Source of the DNA: Ignicoccus pacificus DSM 13166
Lineage (GTDB): Archaea > Thermoproteota > Thermoprotei_A > Sulfolobales > Ignicoccaceae
Assembly: GCA_025340205.1 (NCBI GenBank)
Contig: CP006868.1
Coordinates: 1,560,001-1,592,000, forward strand
Direction: 5' to 3'
Length of the DNA: 32,000 bases
The notes beneath the pieces are model-generated. The model was not told where the DNA came from, did not search any database, and saw only the letters and a list, made by a program, of their open reading frames with translations. This document shows, one piece after another, positions 23,246 through 31,843 of this stretch. A program made the translations under genes and the position numbers. Each line of letters opens with the position of its first letter. Position 1 is the stretch's first letter.

Positions 23246-24283
23246 CGACTCAACACTCCGTTTTATTAGATATTCCAACAACTCTTTGAGGCCCTTTCCG
23301 GTCTTTACCGATATCTCGAAGACAGGGAGACCTAGTTCCTCGGCTTTTTCCTTAGCAAGCTTAACTTTACCCTCCTCGGCTACGTCCATCTTATTCAAGG
23401 CTATCACTATCTTATCCTTCGGAACGACCTTCAGCACGTTGTCCAACACCTCAGTTTGATCTTCTATTCCGTAGCTCTCGGGACTTACGTCGTAGAGGAA
23501 GAGGAGGACGGAGGGAAGGTACCTGATAGCAGCTGCCGCTTTCCTCTCTATTTCGTTAAGCTTATCCCAAGGTCTATCCAATATTCCCGGAGTGTCGACC
23601 ACTTGAACCTTGAAGTCACCAATATCTATGTGGCCTACGTGAACTTCCCTCGTCGTGAAGGGATATGAAGCCACTTCCACGTCAGCCGTCGAGACCTTCT
23701 TGACGAAGCTCGATTTGCCTGAGGAGGGCATTCCGGCGACCACTATCCTAGGCTGGGTAAAGTCTATGGAGGGCAACGACGCTACTGCATACTTGAAATC
23801 CCTAATCGTTTGAAGGGCTCCTCTTGACCTCCTAACCATGCTTAGCGCTCTACCCACGGCTTCCCTTCTTATCCTAGCAGCGTCTTCCAAGCTCACCGCC
23901 GCTCTCAGTAAGGCTCTGTAGTCTTCCCACATCTCCCTCATTTTCTCTCTAAGTCTAATGAGTCCTAACACGGATGCCCAGTACTTCTGGTAGGGCACGG
24001 TCAAGGAAGCCAACTCCAGATAGAACGGATGGAGTCTCTCAGGCTTCGGCATCTCATCCAAGAACTTGAGCTTATCCAATATTATCTGGTAGACTAAGTT
24101 TAGCCTCTCTAGCTCTAAGTTCAGCTTATCTCTAGGTCTGTTACCTTTGGGCTTCAGCTTGGGATATCTTTTCAACACCTTGTTAACTATCTCGTCGGCC
24201 GTGGGTACGTGAACGTGACGGAAGTAGTTCGGTGGGTCCTTTATCACGCCTCCTTTCATGGCTTTAACCCCCTGACCCTTCAT
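23213..24283 (-). CDS. Nog1-like GTP-binding protein (OBG-HflX superfamily)
   Basis: 356 aa. G1 is [11 protein letters not shown]2 is YPFTT, G3 is DTPG, G4 is NKMD. The N-terminal helical NOG1-type domain is present. The 3' end overlaps the convergent P1 gene by 33 nt. Confidence 0.85.
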   Translation of the reverse strand: MKGQGVKAMKGGVIKDPPNYFRHVHVPTADEIVNKVLKRYPKLKPKGNRPRDKLNLELERLNLVYQIILDKLKFLDEMPKPERLHPFYLELASLTVPYQKYWASVLGLIRLREKMREMWEDYRALLRAAVSLEDAARIRREAVGRALSMVRRSRGALQTIRDFKYAVASLPSIDFTQPRIVVAGMPSSGKSSFVKKVSTADVEVASYPFTTREVHVGHIDIGDFKVQVVDTPGILDRPWDKLNEIERKAAAAIRYLPSVLLFLYDVSPESYGIEDQTEVLDNVLKVVPKDKIVIALNKMDVAEEGKVKLAKEKAEELGLPVFEISVKTGKGLKELLEYLIKRSVESLAEEGAETSG

Positions 24284-24317
24284 AACGCTCGGTTTTACGT
24301 TAGGTGCGGGGATATGA

Positions 24318-25064
24318 TTGGGAAAGGTTTACCTAGTCGGCGCTGGCCCTGGAGATTCGTGGTTAACACCTTCCTGTGTCCCTGGCATACTCAAGGTAGC
24401 AGATGTGGTACTCTATGACAAGCTCATCGATGAGTCGTTACTGAAAAACGCTAGCGAGGCCGAGTTAATTTACGTCGGTAAGGCTCCTAATAAACATGCA
24501 ATGAGACAAGAGGAGATAAACAAGTTACTAGTTGAGCTTGCAAAGAAACATAACATAGTGGTAAGGTTGAAGGGTGGAGATCCATTCGTGTTAGGACGAG
24601 GAGATGAAGAGTGTGATTATCTGTTGGAGCACGGAATAGAATGTAGGGTCATCCCAGCCCCCACCTCTGCTACAGCCGTACCGGCCTGTGCTGGAATACC
24701 CGTGACCAGGAGGAACTTGGCTAACACGTTTGCCGTTGCTACCGGCAGAGCTGCTGAAGGAAGTAAAGTCCCAAAGTACGGTGAAATGTTGAACGTCGTA
24801 GACACACTAGTTGTTCTCATGGGAGTTGGGAAGGTAAAGGAGATAACCGAAGACATACTTACAAAGCACGGAGACGTACCCGCAGCTGCTATTCAAGAGG
24901 GTTGCACAAAAAGGCAGAAGGTCGTCTTATCCATGGCATCAAACCTAGCAGAAGTTATGGAGAGGAACGGCTTAGAGCCTCCAGCGATACTGGTCTTCGG
25001 TAAGGTGGTCAAATGGGCGTGGAAGAGGGGACTGGTAAGGGACGTTGTGGAGGCAAGGTTCTGA
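24318..25064 (+). CDS. cobA: Uroporphyrinogen-III C-methyltransferase (SUMT)
   Basis: 248 aa with a TTG start. GKVYLVGAGPGD...ADVVLYDKLI, VVRLKGGDPFVLGRG, VIPAPTSA and VLMG are tetrapyrrole methylase motifs. Confidence 0.85.
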   Translation: MGKVYLVGAGPGDSWLTPSCVPGILKVADVVLYDKLIDESLLKNASEAELIYVGKAPNKHAMRQEEINKLLVELAKKHNIVVRLKGGDPFVLGRGDEECDYLLEHGIECRVIPAPTSATAVPACAGIPVTRRNLANTFAVATGRAAEGSKVPKYGEMLNVVDTLVVLMGVGKVKEITEDILTKHGDVPAAAIQEGCTKRQKVVLSMASNLAEVMERNGLEPPAILVFGKVVKWAWKRGLVRDVVEARF

Positions 25065-25753
25065 CCCTTAGACCTTCATCTCCTCCGGATCTCTCTCCTT
25101 TCGAAGTACTTAACGTTCCAGCCCTATCCTTGATCCCGGTAGCTAAAGCCGAGGAGATCGAAAAAGCACTTAAAGAAGCTGATGTCGTCGTATTTACCTC
25201 GAGAACGGGCGTAAAGATAATCGCTAAATGTTGCCCGGAGATTTTCGAAAAAATAAAGGAATTGGAGGTATACGCCATAGGCCCCTCTACGGCTGAGGAG
25301 CTTAAGAAATACGGAATCGATTCCAAGGTACCTAATGTCTTCACATCAGAAGGTTTGGCTTCATTACTATCAGATAAAAAGAAGATAGTGGCAATAAGGT
25401 CAGACAAGGCTTCGAAGACGTTAAGGGAGGCATTAGGGGATAAACTAATCGAAGTAATTGCCTATAGAACGGTTAGAAATTACATACCCGAAGCAATTCA
25501 ACTTATAGAAAAAGGCGAGGTTGAAGCCGTCGTTATCTCGAGTGCCGAGATAGCTAGGGCTCTTATCGAATCTGCAAAGAAGATGGGATACGATCCCAAA
25601 GATCTACTCAAAAAGACGAAGGTTGTAGTAATAGGGCCTGAGGCAGCTAAACCCTTAATGGAAGAGAACATAGAATACTACATGGCGTCAGAGGCTTCCT
25701 TCGAAGGCGTAAGGCGTAAGCTCCTCGAATTACTCTGTATAGGGTCTGAATAA
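25013..25753 (+). CDS. hemD: Uroporphyrinogen-III synthase
   Basis: 246 aa. KVLTLRPS...ADVVVFTSRTGVK...VYAIGPSTAEELKKYGI...IVAIRSDKASKTLREAL...VIAYRTV matches the HemD two-domain pattern. It overlaps cobA by 52 nt, and no later start codon is available. Confidence 0.78.
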   Translation: MGVEEGTGKGRCGGKVLTLRPSSPPDLSPFEVLNVPALSLIPVAKAEEIEKALKEADVVVFTSRTGVKIIAKCCPEIFEKIKELEVYAIGPSTAEELKKYGIDSKVPNVFTSEGLASLLSDKKKIVAIRSDKASKTLREALGDKLIEVIAYRTVRNYIPEAIQLIEKGEVEAVVISSAEIARALIESAKKMGYDPKDLLKKTKVVVIGPEAAKPLMEENIEYYMASEASFEGVRRKLLELLCIGSE

Positions 25754-25774
25754 TCTACGGAGGAATATTTTCTT

Positions 25775-25948
25775 ATGGGGGTTGAGATGAAGGTCATAGC
25801 ATACGAGGGCCTCCCCTTCGAGTGCGAAGGGGTGGAGGACGCCGAGGCTGTGGCTGCCCTATTAGGTGAGGTCGGAGAGATGTTAAGGAAGCTCGGATTA
25901 AGGAAAGTCGTTGTAGGAGAAGACGGTGTAGTGATTGGAGAGGGTTAA
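25775..25948 (+). CDS. Possible small protein (57 aa), unknown function
   Basis: Below the ORF-track cutoff. My translation is MGVEMKVIAYEGLPFECEGVEDAEAVAALLGEVGEMLRKLGLRKVVVGEDGVVIGEG*. GGAGG lies 11 nt upstream, and the stop overlaps the next ORF start by 14 nt. Confidence 0.3.
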   Translation: MGVEMKVIAYEGLPFECEGVEDAEAVAALLGEVGEMLRKLGLRKVVVGEDGVVIGEG

Positions 25949-26738
25949 GAGACTCATAGTGGGGAACGCCCTCTCCAGCGATTGCTTCGAGGGGAAGGTC
26001 CTCGATCCCGTAGGAGCGCCACCATACCCGCTAAGGACCGTGGAGGTAGGTGGAAGGGAGGTTCCAGCGATCCCGATGGTCGTGGAGGATTGCCCTGAAG
26101 GTGCAGAGTGCTTAGATCTGGAGCGACTCGTGGTACTGAAGGATGGAGATGAAATAGAGAAGGCATGTAGGAGTCTTAGGTGTCAGAGACCTTGGCCTTT
26201 ACGGTGGTTGTCATTCAAAAGACCTAAACTCGTGTTGAAAATTAAGAGAAAAAGGAGGAATCCTATAATCAATGCTTCAATAAAAAAGATTGATTTCGAT
26301 GAGAACAAGGTTATCTTAAGAGGAGGGAGAACAATAGAGTATGAGGATCTGGTTTGGACGGCACCCTATGATTATCTAAGAAGGCTACTGGGAATGGAAG
26401 GACCAAAGGCGTTGGAGGCTACAGTAATAATCGCAAAAGCGAAGGCAGAATTCGACATGGCATTTCATTTCGGAAAGGCCAACCCTGCGCTAGCCATAGT
26501 GAATTCCAAGGACCTCGGCTTGCTCTGGATATTGGCGCCAGGTACACACGATTCGCTCTCAACAATCAAACATTTGGTTAGAAAAGGATACATAGAAGGT
26601 ATTGAATCTTTCGTGAGCCATGTAGTTAAGTACTATGCACTTGAGGAAATAGAGATTAAAAATGTCAACTTTAAGCTGAAGGGAAGGACTGCTGAGTGGA
26701 AGGAGATGGGATTGAATGAGGTGATTTCTTGCGCTTAG
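25935..26738 (+). CDS. Hypothetical protein; resembles an FAD-dependent amine/protoporphyrinogen-oxidase-like fold with a degenerate dinucleotide motif
   Basis: 267 aa with a TTG start. RLIVGNALSS sits where a GxGxxG motif would be. KKIDFDENKVILRGGRTIEYEDLVWTAPYDYLRRLL resembles the substrate-domain pattern of that superfamily. The resemblance is weak and judged by eye only. Confidence 0.5.
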   Translation: MERVKRLIVGNALSSDCFEGKVLDPVGAPPYPLRTVEVGGREVPAIPMVVEDCPEGAECLDLERLVVLKDGDEIEKACRSLRCQRPWPLRWLSFKRPKLVLKIKRKRRNPIINASIKKIDFDENKVILRGGRTIEYEDLVWTAPYDYLRRLLGMEGPKALEATVIIAKAKAEFDMAFHFGKANPALAIVNSKDLGLLWILAPGTHDSLSTIKHLVRKGYIEGIESFVSHVVKYYALEEIEIKNVNFKLKGRTAEWKEMGLNEVISCA

Positions 26739-27856
26739 TGCAAAGTATAATTCTAAAAAAGAAGATATTAAAGGAACTAGAGAGTAATATTGACTTAAGG
26801 AAGGTAAAGAATGATTATCACGCGAAGAGGGAGCCTAGGGACTGTGGTCTCACCATACACCCTGGTATAGGCTGTGACTTAGGATGCGTCTATTGCTACA
26901 TTAAGGACATGGGATTTCCAACGGACAAGGTAGAACCCTATCCGTTAAGCGGAGAGGAATTAATGGCGGCTTTAACGCTTAACAAGAACGTAGGCGTAGG
27001 TCCTTCGGGTACCTACTTCGCCGTGGGATCTGTTACAGAGCCCTTTCATCCGCTCCTCCTAGACAAAACCTTGGAGTACTTGAACGCGTTGAAAAGATTG
27101 GGAAATTACACACAAATCTCTTATAAGATGATAGTACCGGATGGCAAGTTGCCCCTCTTAGCCTCTTCCTCTGAGGACAGGTTAAGCGTTCTCATTTCTA
27201 TATCATCTCTCAAGAAGTGGAAAGAATTTGAACCAAGACTCCCCTCCCCGGAGCTCAGACTCCATATGGCTGAGAAGCTACAGAAGCTAGGGAAGAGGGT
27301 GAGTTTGTTCTTGAGACCCATACTTCCCGGTATAACTGATGTCGAGATTGATAACATCTTAGAAACGGCACTTAGTTATAACGTTAAGGAGTTAACGGTT
27401 GGTGGCTTAAGGGTAACGAGGCGAATAATGGATGAATTGATCAAAAGGGGCGTTAAGTTAGAGGGAAGGTTAAGGAGAAGGTCCAAAGGTAGAGAGCAAG
27501 TATATGTTTACACGAGAGATATAAAAAATAAGATAATTAAAAAGGCAGAAAGCTTGGGTATGACAGTATATTTCACAGCTTGTGATACAAATGCCAGACA
27601 TCACGGAGAAGTGTGTTGGGATTCATGTAAGTATGATAGAAATCTTTGTGAAAGGCTACCTCCTATAGATCAGAGAGATTTGCAAGAGGGAATAGAAATG
27701 CTGGGAGGTAAGCTAGTTTCGTGGAGGATAAGGAAGGAACCAATACTCGAGCTAGAAATCATAGGTGCCAAAAGGAATATGGGATGGTTAATCCAAATGG
27801 CTTATCGCCGCCAAGTAATTGTTCGTACGGGAGGAAGGGTTTGGAAGTACCTGTAG
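26729..27856 (+). CDS. Radical SAM protein (CX3CX2C; SPL/COG1533-like rather than clearly AhbC/D)
   Basis: 375 aa. TIHPGIGCDLGCVYCY contains the CX3CX2C cluster motif. TTG 26729 is preceded by GAGGTGA with 5-nt spacing. It overlaps the upstream stop. Confidence 0.8.
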   Translation: MRLVQSIILKKKILKELESNIDLRKVKNDYHAKREPRDCGLTIHPGIGCDLGCVYCYIKDMGFPTDKVEPYPLSGEELMAALTLNKNVGVGPSGTYFAVGSVTEPFHPLLLDKTLEYLNALKRLGNYTQISYKMIVPDGKLPLLASSSEDRLSVLISISSLKKWKEFEPRLPSPELRLHMAEKLQKLGKRVSLFLRPILPGITDVEIDNILETALSYNVKELTVGGLRVTRRIMDELIKRGVKLEGRLRRRSKGREQVYVYTRDIKNKIIKKAESLGMTVYFTACDTNARHHGEVCWDSCKYDRNLCERLPPIDQRDLQEGIEMLGGKLVSWRIRKEPILELEIIGAKRNMGWLIQMAYRRQVIVRTGGRVWKYL

Positions 27857-28242
27857 AGTACAGAGATCTCGCCTCCAGAATGGGAAGAGCAATAAGGGCT
27901 CTAGGCTTCTTCATATTTGAAAAAGAAGAATACCAAAGGGTCTCAAAAATATTGAAAGCAGCAAAACTGGGGGAGACCTTAAGGATTATACCCTTGGGCT
28001 CCGTCGAGATACACTTAGCTAATGAAAGTCTCGTAACGGAGTATTATGCGGTCATCTTGAATAACAACGAATGCTTGAGGAGTTGCAATGACTCGGAGTG
28101 TATGGAGAAATGTGTCGAAGAGAAGAAGAACAACGTCTCCGAGGCTATCTTGGAAGGCTTGGGAAATGTGAGAGAGGACGAGAGGGAGGATGGACTAAGC
28201 AAGGTCTTCAAGAAGTTGACTGGTGCGGGGGGTGGGATTTGA
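27841..28242 (+). CDS. Hypothetical protein; its 3' end overlaps tRNA-Leu on the opposite strand
   Basis: TTG 27841 is preceded by GGGAGG with 6-nt spacing. ATG 27880 is an alternative start. The last ~7 codons (..TGAGGGI*) are encoded by the complement of the tRNA 3' end. No family recognised. Confidence 0.4.
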   Translation: MEVPVEYRDLASRMGRAIRALGFFIFEKEEYQRVSKILKAAKLGETLRIIPLGSVEIHLANESLVTEYYAVILNNNECLRSCNDSECMEKCVEEKKNNVSEAILEGLGNVREDEREDGLSKVFKKLTGAGGGI

Positions 28243-28307
28243 ACCCACGCAGGCCTACGCCAGCGGGTCTTAAGCCCGCCCCCTTTTCCGGGCTCGGGCA
28301 CCCCCGC
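28221..28307 (-). tRNA. tRNA-Leu (anticodon UAA), long variable arm, genomically encoded CCA
   Basis: The reverse complement reads GCGGGGGTGCCCGAGCCCGGAAAAGGGGGCGGGCTTAAGACCCGCTGGCGTAGGCCTGCGTGGGTTCAAATCCCACCCCCCGCACCA. Acceptor GCGGGGG/CCCCCGC, anticodon loop CTTAAGA, T arm GTGGG-TTCAAAT-CCCAC, 87 nt including CCA. Confidence 0.9.
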
Positions 28308-28332
28308 ACTCCATGAGTGGAGCGTGAGATGC

Positions 28333-28344
28333 CTTTTATTAGTA
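28333..28344. promoter_or_regulatory. Single AT-rich TATA-like element (CTTTTATTAGTA) shared by divergent tRNA-Leu and secY
   Basis: It lies about 26-37 nt from the tRNA 5' end (28307) and about 29-40 nt from the secY ATG (28373). It is the only AT-rich box in this 65-bp spacer. Confidence 0.4.
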
Positions 28345-28372
28345 CTTGCGCTCCGACGCCACTGGGGCATTA

Positions 28373-29788
28373 ATGGTGCAAGAGGATCTAGGCAAGAAGC
28401 TTCTAGGGATATTGGCCCAGATAGGAGCTTGGGTGCCCTCCACCCCAAGACCGGCGAAGAAGCCCAATCTGTACAAGCGACTAATGTGGACCATAGCGGT
28501 CCTAGTAATTTACTTGGTGATGAGTAACATTCCCCTTCCCGGGGTAAACGTAAACACCTCACCACAACTCTTGCTAATGAACATAGTCTTCGCAGCTAAC
28601 ACAGGTACCTTAACGCAGTTAGGAATAGGCCCTATAGTCACTGCGGGCCTAGTCCTTCAGCTGCTCATGGGTGCCAAACTAATAGACTTGGATATGGCTG
28701 ACCCAGAAGACCAGAAGCTCTTCACCCTAGCCCAGAAGGGCTTCGCCGTACTCTTAGGAGTGCTCGAGGCTATAGGAATAGTCCTATCCGGGAGTCTCTG
28801 GACCCATGTAGTTAATGGAATTGCGGTCGTCAGCCCTCCTCCGGCAGCGATAATGGTAATAGATGCGCTACTCCTTGCCAGCTCGACAGTACTAATCATC
28901 ATAATGGACGAAATGGTACAGAAGGGATGGGGTCTAGGGAGCGGAATAAGCTTGTTCATTACTGCTAGCGTGGTCTCCGGAATAGCTTGGGAAGTGGGAG
29001 GATGGTTCGCTCAAAACGGTCACGTAATATGGGCCGGTCTGATTCCCGCCGGATTAATGGTGGGCTTCGACAAGGTAATCATAGGCAACCCCCTCGGTGC
29101 ACCTAAAGTTCCGGGTACCAATATAGGTGCCATGCCAGACCTCATAGGCTTCATAGCAACAATCATAATGATAGTAGTTATTGCATATCTGAGCTCAGTC
29201 AAGGTACAAGTGCCGGTAGCCATGCACAGAATGAGAGGCCTAAGGACTAAGATCCCTCTGAACCTTCTCTACGTGACGAACATCCCAGTCCTCTTGGCAG
29301 CCATCATATTCGCGAACATACAAGCGATGGCTCAAGCAGCCCCCAATAGTCCCTTAGCGACCCTAGCTTATTACCTAACTCCTCCCAGGGGCCTACTCTT
29401 GTTCTTACATGAACCGCTTAGAATGTTGACTTATTCGATAGCGCTAATCATACTATCAATACTCTTCGGCATACTGTGGGTAGAACTGGCGGGACTGGAT
29501 CCAAAGACGCAAGCGAAGCAGTTAATAGAATCTGACATGCAGATACCCGGAGCGAGGAACGATCCAAGGCACTTAGAGAAGGTACTAGCGAAGTACATCT
29601 ATCCTCTAACCATACTATCGAGCATCATAGTAGCGCTGCTAGTCATAGTTGCTGACATCTTTGGAGCATACGGAACGGGTACTGGACTACTGCTGGCTGT
29701 AATGATACTGGTACAGTACTACACCATGCTGACGTTCGAGAGGGCCATAGAGGCCTATCCGCTACTCAGAAAGGTGCTCGGAGAGTAA
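28373..29788 (+). CDS. secY: Preprotein translocase subunit SecY
   Basis: Ten-TM pattern. KRLMWTIAVLVIYLVMSNIPLPGV, GTLTQLGIGPIVTAGLVLQLL, and GLGSGISLFI. ATG 28373 is preferred to TTG 28346 given the TATA box position. Confidence 0.95.
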   Translation: MVQEDLGKKLLGILAQIGAWVPSTPRPAKKPNLYKRLMWTIAVLVIYLVMSNIPLPGVNVNTSPQLLLMNIVFAANTGTLTQLGIGPIVTAGLVLQLLMGAKLIDLDMADPEDQKLFTLAQKGFAVLLGVLEAIGIVLSGSLWTHVVNGIAVVSPPPAAIMVIDALLLASSTVLIIIMDEMVQKGWGLGSGISLFITASVVSGIAWEVGGWFAQNGHVIWAGLIPAGLMVGFDKVIIGNPLGAPKVPGTNIGAMPDLIGFIATIIMIVVIAYLSSVKVQVPVAMHRMRGLRTKIPLNLLYVTNIPVLLAAIIFANIQAMAQAAPNSPLATLAYYLTPPRGLLLFLHEPLRMLTYSIALIILSILFGILWVELAGLDPKTQAKQLIESDMQIPGARNDPRHLEKVLAKYIYPLTILSSIIVALLVIVADIFGAYGTGTGLLLAVMILVQYYTMLTFERAIEAYPLLRKVLGE

Positions 29789-29814
29789 CGTCATTTTTCC
29801 TTCATTGAGATAAC

Positions 29815-29823
29815 TATTTATTA
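29815..29823 (+). promoter_or_regulatory. TATA-like element (TATTTATTA) upstream of adk
   Basis: It ends 33 nt before ATG 29856 and follows the T-run after the secY stop. Confidence 0.4.
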
Positions 29824-29855
29824 GAACCCTTTCCTCAACTCCACGGTGGATCCTC

Positions 29856-30455
29856 ATGATAAGGACCGTGATCGCCACCGGCGTTCCTGGTGTTGGTAAG
29901 ACAACCGTTACTTCCAGAGCGGTTGAAATCCTAAAAGAGAAGGGATATAAAGTTAAGGTAGCTAACTTCGGTGATTACATGTTCAAGGTAGCAAAGGAGA
30001 AGGGCTGGGTAGAACATAGAGACGAGATGAGAAAGCTTAACCTTAGCCAGCAGAAGGAGCTCCAAGCGTTAGCAGCTAAAGCCATAGTCGAGGACGCCAA
30101 GAAGGAGCTAGGTGACGATGGAGTCCTTATCATTGATACTCACGCTGCGATAAACACTCCGACGGGCGTGTGGCCCGGGCTCCCTAAGCACGTTATAGAG
30201 AACCTAAATCCTGCAATAATCTTCGTAATAGAGGCCTCTCCTGAGGAGATAATAGCCAGACAGCAGAAGGACATCGGAAGGGTTAGGAGCGATTACTCCG
30301 ATCCGGAGTTCCTAAGGCGCTTCATGGAATTTGCCAGAAACAGCGCCATAGCCTCCGCCGTCCTCGTGGGAGCTGCCGTTAACGTGATCTTAAATAAGGA
30401 GGGAGCTGTTGAGGAGGCCGCTAACAAGTTCGTAAGTGCCATAGAGAAGATCTAA
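29856..30455 (+). CDS. adkA: Adenylate kinase, archaeal type
   Basis: 199 aa. P-loop ATGVPGVGKTTV. HRDEMRKL, IIDTHA and the length fit archaeal AdkA. Conserved position after secY. Confidence 0.92.
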   Translation: MIRTVIATGVPGVGKTTVTSRAVEILKEKGYKVKVANFGDYMFKVAKEKGWVEHRDEMRKLNLSQQKELQALAAKAIVEDAKKELGDDGVLIIDTHAAINTPTGVWPGLPKHVIENLNPAIIFVIEASPEEIIARQQKDIGRVRSDYSDPEFLRRFMEFARNSAIASAVLVGAAVNVILNKEGAVEEAANKFVSAIEKI

Positions 30456-30489
30456 AACCAACCCGCGCTGAGGCCACGGGGATGCGACT

Positions 30490-30759
30490 ATGGTAAGGCC
30501 AGCGTACAGATCCAGAAGCAGGAGGAGGGTCTACAAGAGGACCCCTGGAGGAAAGACTGTAGTACACTATGAGAAGAGGAAGCCCTCCCAGCCCGTATGT
30601 GCCATATGCGGAAGGCCGTTAGGAGGGGTTCCCAGAGGGAGGCCCGTCGAGTTAAGAAAAATGGCCAAGACCGAGAAGAGACCCGAAAGGCCTTATGGAG
30701 GATACATCTGCGCTAGTTGCCTTAGAACTCTATACAAGTACGCTGTCTCCAAACTCTGA
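30490..30759 (+). CDS. rpl34e: Ribosomal protein L34e
   Basis: 89 aa. [45 protein letters not shown] matches the L34e pattern. Confidence 0.92.
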   Translation: MVRPAYRSRSRRRVYKRTPGGKTVVHYEKRKPSQPVCAICGRPLGGVPRGRPVELRKMAKTEKRPERPYGGYICASCLRTLYKYAVSKL

Positions 30760-30769
30760 TTTTTATTTT
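30760..30769 (+). terminator. Oligo-T tract (TTTTTATTTT) directly after the L34e stop
   Basis: The T-run starts 1 nt after the TGA. Confidence 0.45.
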
Positions 30770-30954
30770 CGGCGTCAATAGCTTCCATTCCAATCTCCTA
30801 GCGTCTCCTCTAACACCTTCCCCAATATATCCTCCCAGCCAAGATATATCCTAACTTATACTCACTTAACTGACTCGAAATTTTAACATTGTATACCCTA
30901 CGTTTAAAGTTGACTAAACGAGGTTAAATATCAACAACGGTACTTAGCAAAAAC

Positions 30955-30962
30955 TATTTATC
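30955..30962 (+). promoter_or_regulatory. TATA-like element (TATTTATC) upstream of the V4R gene
   Basis: It lies 31 nt before ATG 30993, which argues against the track start at 30972. Confidence 0.4.
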
Positions 30963-30992
30963 TAAGCCTCGATGTGTGATTCGGTGAGACGT

Positions 30993-31478
30993 ATGGAGTC
31001 TTACAACATCTCCGTTAAGGAAAACGGGAAGCTGGTAATAGAAGGGTTGAAGAGCGACTTCCTACTAATACCAGCCACTACGATAGAGAAGATTGGTGAG
31101 AGTCTCTACAAGATCGTTGGTCCCGCCGCCAACGTCCATCTTAGAGAAATAGGAAGGGGTATAGGAAAGGCCTTGATAGAGATTGTAAAGCATGAGAGAA
31201 CCGGTGAGGATTACCAAGCTGACGTGGACGCTATAGCACATTACTTGGAGAAGGCCGGATTTGGGAGAATTAAGGTAACTAAACATGACGATCATTTCGA
31301 CATATTAATAGAGAATCCGCCGTCCTTGAGATACAAGGCCGAGGGCGTACAGAAGTGCGCCTTTGAAGCGGGACTGATAAGGGGCGTCATGGAAGAATTA
31401 ACCTCTAAGAGATGGAGAGCTGAGGTGGATAACAGCGTAAACGACCACTGCTGTCTAATCCACTTGAGGCAAGCATGA
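30993..31478 (+). CDS. V4R (4-vinyl reductase) domain protein
   Basis: LLIPATTIEKIGESLYKIVGPAANVHLREIGRGIGKAL...KCAFEAGLIRGVMEEL fits the V4R small-molecule-binding domain pattern (COG1719-like). Confidence 0.65.
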   Translation: MESYNISVKENGKLVIEGLKSDFLLIPATTIEKIGESLYKIVGPAANVHLREIGRGIGKALIEIVKHERTGEDYQADVDAIAHYLEKAGFGRIKVTKHDDHFDILIENPPSLRYKAEGVQKCAFEAGLIRGVMEELTSKRWRAEVDNSVNDHCCLIHLRQA

Positions 31479-31520
31479 GCTTTATTTAACGGAGCCTGGA
31501 GGGCGCTAAGGGATTAAATA

Positions 31521-31808
31521 ATGAGCGAGGAGACCGGAATAAGATTAGTAGTGAAGATTGGAGAGGGAGAAAACGCTAAGGAGGTAGAACTAACCGAGGA
31601 GGTCCTCAGAGTAGTGAGGAAGTACCTTCATACTGAGTACAGCTTGGAGAAGCTGGCCGAGGACTTGGGACTAGACGGATGGGAGGAGGCCTATGAGTTC
31701 GTGAAGAAGATGCCGGCGTGGCTAGTCTGGACCCCGCCTACTCTACTAAGGTATAAGATGAGGATGTTAGAGGAGAAGATCAAGTCTGGTCAGTTAGTAA
31801 TAGAGTAA
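31521..31808 (+). CDS. Hypothetical protein
   Basis: 95 aa. An AT-rich box (CTTTATTTAAC) lies about 30 nt upstream. No family recognised. Confidence 0.5.
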   Translation: MSEETGIRLVVKIGEGENAKEVELTEEVLRVVRKYLHTEYSLEKLAEDLGLDGWEEAYEFVKKMPAWLVWTPPTLLRYKMRMLEEKIKSGQLVIE

Positions 31809-31820
31809 TACGGCTCTTGA

Positions 31821-31843
31821 TTTTTCTTAATGTTTTTGATTTA
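31821..31843. terminator. Two T5 runs (TTTTTCTTAATGTTTTTGATTT) after the 31521 ORF
   Basis: T-rich tract 13 nt after the stop. It sits in an AT-rich spacer that may also terminate a convergent gene entering from the right edge. Confidence 0.35.

Noticed and set aside
24352-24400. A divergent cobA N-terminal segment (GDSWLTPSCVPGILKV instead of GDPELLTLKALRxLQxADVV), which I considered as a frameshift.
   Set aside because: The segment has exactly the canonical length (14 residues between GD and ADVV), and the frame continues into all downstream methylase motifs. I read it as divergence rather than a frameshift.
28044-28565. A 173-aa minus-strand ORF.
   Set aside because: It spans the tRNA-Leu gene and the 5' end of secY. 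The translation is Pro/Ser/Leu-rich, and it cannot coexist with two high-confidence features.
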